Virus record (IMG/VR): IMGVR_UViG_3300011415_000004
Direction: 5' to 3' (one strand)
Length of the DNA: 53,041 nt
Source: a virus
Positions 49,627 through 53,041 of the stretch are shown piece by piece (positions within the stretch are counted from its first letter, which is position 1; every line of letters starts with the position of its first letter). The notes beneath the pieces are model-generated. The model ran no database searches. It was not told where the DNA came from and was given only the letters and a program-made list of their open reading frames with translations. The translations under genes and the position numbers were made by a program.

Positions 49627-49659
49627 GCCCCGAGCGCCATCCTGTCGCCTGCTCTACTG

Positions 49660-49932
49660 GTGAGCATGAAGCGGTCCTCCGAACGGCTGATCGACGTCCT
49701 GGTCCTCACCGAACTCCTGATCTTCGGCTTCCTCATGCGAACCGAGCAACCCGTACTTGCGGGCGTCATCATCGCCGCGGCCGTCCAGTTCTGGCTCACG
49801 AAGAACGCCTCCTCCCCGGCGGCCGCCACGGTCGAGGAGGCCGCGGCGAAGGCGGCCGCCGAAGTTCTCAAGGTCGCACGGGCCGCGGTCGAGGAGCCCA
49901 CCCCAGCCCTCGAACCCGCGTCCGAGTCTTGA
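49660..49932 (+). CDS. membrane protein
   Basis: ORF track. LIDVLVLTELLIFGFLM and VLAGVIIAAAVQFWL. It follows the last junction, whose own TTG ORF looks coding for only about 12 codons. Confidence 0.55.
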   Translation: MSMKRSSERLIDVLVLTELLIFGFLMRTEQPVLAGVIIAAAVQFWLTKNASSPAAATVEEAAAKAAAEVLKVARAAVEEPTPALEPASES

Positions 49933-49939
49933 GCACGCG

Positions 49940-50230
49940 GTGATCGAACCGTTCCCGTCCCCCCTCGACGGCCTCGTCCACCAGATGACCGAGGTCACCA
50001 CCGGGAGGGGGGCCCGGCTCATCACCGTCAAGTGCGGGGCGAAGATGCCGACGTACCGGAGCCACGAGCGCCTAGCGGGCGCGTGCGGGTTCCCCTCGAA
50101 GGTCACCTGTCCCGAGTGCCAGCCCACCCCCGCCGGGGTGGTCCAGGCCGCCTTCGAGAAGATGGTGGCCGAGAACTACGCCAACCGACCCGCGGTGAAG
50201 GCCGCCAAGAAGAAGGAGTCCAACCCATGA
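49940..50230 (+). CDS. zinc-ribbon protein
   Basis: GTG in frame with ORF 49757..50230. VKCG...CPEC. Confidence 0.5.
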   Translation: MIEPFPSPLDGLVHQMTEVTTGRGARLITVKCGAKMPTYRSHERLAGACGFPSKVTCPECQPTPAGVVQAAFEKMVAENYANRPAVKAAKKKESNP

Positions 50231-50412
50231 GCGAAGGGCACGTCGAGATCCGCCCCGGCATCCGAGCGGGGACGTGTTACGTCGTCCCGGTCGGCGGCAA
50301 CGGCGAGCCCCTGTCCACCTCGGAGTCGCTGGAGGGCGTCGACTCCGCTCACGTCAACATCGAGGCCCAGCGGAAGGCCTTCGCCTCCGGAGACGTGCGG
50401 GATCGACGGTGA
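50227..50412 (+). CDS. DUF1508 (YegP-like) small protein (tentative)
   Basis: ATGA overlap with the upstream gene. VVPVGGNGEPLSTSESLEGVDSAHVNIEAQRK resembles one YegP repeat. Confidence 0.4.
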   Translation: MSEGHVEIRPGIRAGTCYVVPVGGNGEPLSTSESLEGVDSAHVNIEAQRKAFASGDVRDRR

Positions 50413-50454
50413 CCGACTGGGTCGGCTGGATGTTCGACTACCCCGACGGTCTCG

Positions 50455-50673
50455 ATGGGTACTGAGAACCCACCCACCCACCCGATCTTCACCGCGCTGG
50501 CCGCCGCCTTGGCCGCCATCGAAGGGGGGGCGATCGAGCAGGCGGAGATCGAGTGGAACCGATCGACGGACTCGGGTGAGGAGTCCTCGACGGACGTCCT
50601 CACACTGATCGTCTATCGACACGCTCAACCCCGGTTTGGTACGATCGGCGGACCATCCACCCCGAAGGAGTAG
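50455..50673 (+). CDS. hypothetical protein
   Basis: ORF track. Confidence 0.45.
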   Translation: MGTENPPTHPIFTALAAALAAIEGGAIEQAEIEWNRSTDSGEESSTDVLTLIVYRHAQPRFGTIGGPSTPKE

Positions 50674-50677
50674 CAAC

Positions 50678-50896
50678 ATGCCACCCACCCCGCCGAAGGT
50701 CGAGCGGACCTCGATGTCCGTGACGATCCGCAAGGACCTGGCCGACTGGTGCAAGGAGCAGGCCGAGGCCCGCCTCATCTCCCCGGCCCTGCTGGTCGAG
50801 AAGGGCCTCGACCTTCTCAAGGACCACCTGGAGCCCTCGGGCCTGGAGGACAAGGCGGAGCCCGCGCCTCGCCCGAGCCCCTCGCCCGGTACGTGA
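50678..50896 (+). CDS. ribbon-helix-helix-like protein
   Basis: CCACCCCGAAGGAG box upstream. SMSVTIRKDLADWCKEQAEARLISPALLVEKGLDLL. Confidence 0.5.
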   Translation: MPPTPPKVERTSMSVTIRKDLADWCKEQAEARLISPALLVEKGLDLLKDHLEPSGLEDKAEPAPRPSPSPGT

Positions 50897-50906
50897 GGGC
50901 GAGCCG

Positions 50907-51341
50907 ATGGGGTGGGGCGAGCCTCACACTCCTCGGAGCCCGGCCGTGAGCGAGCCCGAGGTCACCCTGGCCCACGACCCCGCGGTGTACCTCGACCGCG
51001 CGGTGGCCGCGATGGCCCTGGCCGATGGTGGGCCCTACCCAACCCCCAGCATCCCGGGGTCCGTCGAGGACCTTGAGCGGATCACGAAGGCGAACCAGAC
51101 CCGGGAGATGGCCCTCATCGCGGAGGCCCAGGCATGGGCCTCGATGGCGACCGCCGCGGCCATGCTCCAGCCGACACCGGAGGAGGTCCTCACGATCTAC
51201 CGGGAGACCCACGAGGAGGTCCTGGGGGAGGAGAACCAGAAGGCCGTCAGGGCCGCTCAGATCCTCCGTGACGCCACGACCGACGGCTCCAGGCGTCACC
51301 CTGCCATCCATGCTGCCCTGGAGGTCCTCGATCGTTCGTAG
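50907..51341 (+). CDS. hypothetical protein
   Basis: ORF track. GTG 50946 is an alternative start. Confidence 0.55.
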   Translation: MGWGEPHTPRSPAVSEPEVTLAHDPAVYLDRAVAAMALADGGPYPTPSIPGSVEDLERITKANQTREMALIAEAQAWASMATAAAMLQPTPEEVLTIYRETHEEVLGEENQKAVRAAQILRDATTDGSRRHPAIHAALEVLDRS

Positions 51342-51363
51342 CGGACGTGGATCGTTCGCCTGG

Positions 51364-51675
51364 ATGGATCGCACCCAGGAGGAGGTCGAACGGATCACCG
51401 GGGCCCTCTGGCCGTCGGAGCCCCTGGAGGAAGCGGGGCTCGCTCTGTGCGAGGAGGCGGGCGAGGTCGGGAAGGCGATCATCAAGCGGAACCACCAGAG
51501 GCGAGGGGAGGGCGACCGCGCCCCGAAGGACTGGACCGCGAACCTCCAGACCGAACTTGCCCAGACGGTGATTGTCGCCCTCAAGATGGCGGAGCGCGAG
51601 GGGTTCTCGATGGCCCAGGCGATCGAGGACGAGATGGAGGTCCTCGGCCAACGGCTGGAGGCGCTCCATGGCTGA
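51364..51675 (+). CDS. MazG-like nucleotide pyrophosphohydrolase
   Basis: In frame with ORF 51025..51675. LCEEAGEVGKAI (EExxE) and ELAQTVIVALKMAEREG. Confidence 0.7.
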   Translation: MDRTQEEVERITGALWPSEPLEEAGLALCEEAGEVGKAIIKRNHQRRGEGDRAPKDWTANLQTELAQTVIVALKMAEREGFSMAQAIEDEMEVLGQRLEALHG

Positions 51676-51850
51676 GGTCATCTCCCTCGCGTGCCGACGG
51701 TGCGACCTCACTCTGGCCGACCACGTCCTGGCAGACGTCGACCTGGAGCCCCAGGGCTTCACCCGGGCCGACTTCGCCTTCGACGCGCCCCGGGCCTGGT
51801 GCCTCCTCGGTCTCGGCAACCCGGAGCCCGACCTCGCCCAGGTGCCGTGA
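51668..51850 (+). CDS. hypothetical protein (60 aa)
   Basis: The ATG overlaps the MazG 3' end. In frame with ORF 51572..51850. Confidence 0.45.
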   Translation: MAEVISLACRRCDLTLADHVLADVDLEPQGFTRADFAFDAPRAWCLLGLGNPEPDLAQVP

Positions 51851-52071
51851 GGGTCAAGGCCTCCACCCAGGCCGACCTCTCGGAGATCCCGCGGCCCCGG
51901 CTCTACCTCTCCTGGTACGACGAGAGGGCCTGTCTGGTGGCCCTCTCGATCGGCACCCGCTGGAGTGACCAGGTGGTGACCCTGGACCTGGAGATCACCG
52001 ACCCGCCAGGGTGGCTGGCCCGCGCCGCCGACCGGGCCTGGAGGAAGGGCTTCCCCAAGAACCCCCAGTAA
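51847..52071 (+). CDS. hypothetical protein (74 aa)
   Basis: GTGA overlap with the upstream gene. In frame with ORF 51691..52071. Confidence 0.45.
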   Translation: MRVKASTQADLSEIPRPRLYLSWYDERACLVALSIGTRWSDQVVTLDLEITDPPGWLARAADRAWRKGFPKNPQ

Positions 52072-52080
52072 CCTCGCCCC

Positions 52081-53041
52081 GTGACCACCGTCGCGCCGCC
52101 TCTCTCCTTCGACTCGTTCCAGGTCCGCAACCTCCCGACAGAGGAGTGGGCGATGGCCGAGGAACTCGTCCTCTCGGGCGACTGGGACGAGGCCCTCAAG
52201 GAACTCACCGAAGACGAGGCGCGGTCCCTGGAGTGGGACTGGGCCTTCTGGGGTCGGCCCGACCAGCGCGAACCAGACGAGTTCGTGCGGGGCGAGGCGA
52301 AGGTCTGGTTCGTGCGCGCCGGGCGCGGCTACGGCAAGACACGCACCGGGGCCGAGACGGTCCGCTCACGGGTTCACCGTGGACTGTGCGGGCGGATCGC
52401 GATCGTCGCCCCCACCGCTGGGGACGCCCGGGACATCATGGTCGAAGGCGAGTCAGGGCTCCTCGCCGTACACCCCCCGTGGTTCCGTCCGAAGTACGAG
52501 CCCTCGAAGCGCCGGATCACCTGGCCCAACGGAGCCCAGGCCACCGTCTTCTCCGCCGACGAGCCGGACCGTCTCCGTGGCCCCCAGTACGACTTCGTCT
52601 GGGGCGATGAGCCCGCCTCGTGGAGGTTCGGGGAGGAGGCCTGGGACAACGTCGAACTGGGCCTCCGCCTCGGTGACCATCCCCAGGCGATGCTCACCGG
52701 GACGCCCCGCCCTCTACCGTGGTTGAAGGCCATCTGGAACGACCCGGAGACGATCGTCACCTCGGGCTCCTCGTTCCGCAACATGGCGAACCTGGCCGAG
52801 TCGTTCATTCGACGGATCCTCAAGAAGTACGAGGGCACCCGCCTCGGCCTCCAGGAACTCCACGCCATGGTCCTCGAAGACGTCGAGGGCGCGCTCTGGA
52901 CCCGGGCGATGATCGACGCCGACCGGATCCGGTGGGAGTACGACGACCAGAAGAACTTGATCCTCCCGCTCCCCGACCAGGACGTGGTCGTCGTCGGGGT
53001 CGACCCGGCGGGCACCTCGGGCCCGGACTCGGACGAGACGG
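52081..53041 (+). CDS. terminase large subunit, N-terminal ATPase part (runs off the window and continues at nt 3)
   Basis: Translated by hand from GTG 52081. WFVRAGRGYGKT (Walker A), YDFVWGDE (Walker B-like) and LTGTP. There is no stop before the window end. Confidence 0.9.
   Translation, partial: MTTVAPPLSFDSFQVRNLPTEEWAMAEELVLSGDWDEALKELTEDEARSLEWDWAFWGRPDQREPDEFVRGEAKVWFVRAGRGYGKTRTGAETVRSRVHRGLCGRIAIVAPTAGDARDIMVEGESGLLAVHPPWFRPKYEPSKRRITWPNGAQATVFSADEPDRLRGPQYDFVWGDEPASWRFGEEAWDNVELGLRLGDHPQAMLTGTPRPLPWLKAIWNDPETIVTSGSSFRNMANLAESFIRRILKKYEGTRLGLQELHAMVLEDVEGALWTRAMIDADRIRWEYDDQKNLILPLPDQDVVVVGVDPAGTSGPDSDET
52919..53041. repeat. terminal direct repeat, copy 2 (identical to 1-123)
   Basis: Read directly. 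Confidence 0.95.

Larger units (their letters stand above)
48424..49640 (+). repeat. array of eight conserved stop/start junctions linking small Cys-rich ORFs
   Basis: Two junction types are present: GGCCCGGTGAAGCC-ATGA-GCCCCGAGCC and GCGGTAGCACC-ATGA/GTGA-GC. Start codons are at 48437, 48733, 48879, 48999, 49151, 49297, 49398 and 49623. Confidence 0.9.

Noticed and set aside
48424-49640. The regularly recurring junction repeat interpreted as a CRISPR array or an integron attC series.
   Set aside because: The intervening segments are 100-300 nt, unequal in length, and clearly coding with stop/start overlaps at each repeat. The repeat has no internal dyad symmetry. No cas or integron integrase gene is present.
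49623-49943. The TTG-started 106-aa ORF after the last junction, considered as a full-size eighth cassette.
   Set aside because: Only the first ~12 codons (MSPERHPVACSTG) look coding. After that the Arg/Gly/Pro-rich frame overlaps a convincing membrane-protein ORF (49660..49932) in another frame.
1-53041. Diversity-generating retroelement, retron, toxin-antitoxin pair or integration module.
   Set aside because: No reverse-transcriptase motif (YxDD context) was seen in any frame I read. No template/variable repeat pair and no tyrosine or serine recombinase motifs were seen either. The RHH genes have no obvious toxin partner.

Overview
The window is a complete, circularly closed tailed-phage genome. 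Nt 1-123 are identical to nt 52919-53041, giving a unit length of about 52.9 kb, and the closure point lies inside the large terminase gene. The genome is high-GC, judged by eye rather than computed. Several features point to an actinobacterial host: an Rpf-type transglycosylase, leaderless mRNAs and TANNNT -10 boxes. Every credible gene is on the + strand, and the long minus-strand ORFs look like high-GC shadow ORFs.

Gene order:
- TerL, wrapping across the window ends
- a small-gene insert
- portal, MuF-like protein, fibre-like protein, SGNH esterase, HK97 protease/scaffold, HK97 capsid
- a methyltransferase / 2OG-dioxygenase / glycosyltransferase island
- connectors, tail tube, G/G-T chaperones, tape measure, Dit, minor tail proteins, Tal-like protein
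- M15 endolysin and holin-like membrane proteins
- from about 30.5 kb, an early/DNA-metabolism arm: RecA-like fold protein, DNA methyltransferase, DUF932, wHTH initiator-like protein, Rpf-like protein, HNH, HTH/MerR/RHH regulators, a Topo VI-A/Spo11-like 'mini-A' protein and a J-domain protein
- a TerS candidate, then an accessory island leading back to TerL

I found no integrase, tRNA, CRISPR array, reverse transcriptase or DNA polymerase.

The most unusual signals are:
1. A 1.2 kb array of small Cys-rich ORFs (48.4-49.6 kb) joined by eight copies of a conserved stop/start junction.
2. A family of at least nine nearly identical promoter-plus-palindrome elements of about 39 bp. Four of them place an ATG/GTG exactly at the predicted transcription start, implying leaderless mRNAs.
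3. A conserved extended ribosome-binding box, YCACCCCAAGGAG, in front of at least 12 genes.
4. Several places where the coding frame changes without a stop or start codon, mostly at C5-C8 or G4 tracts.
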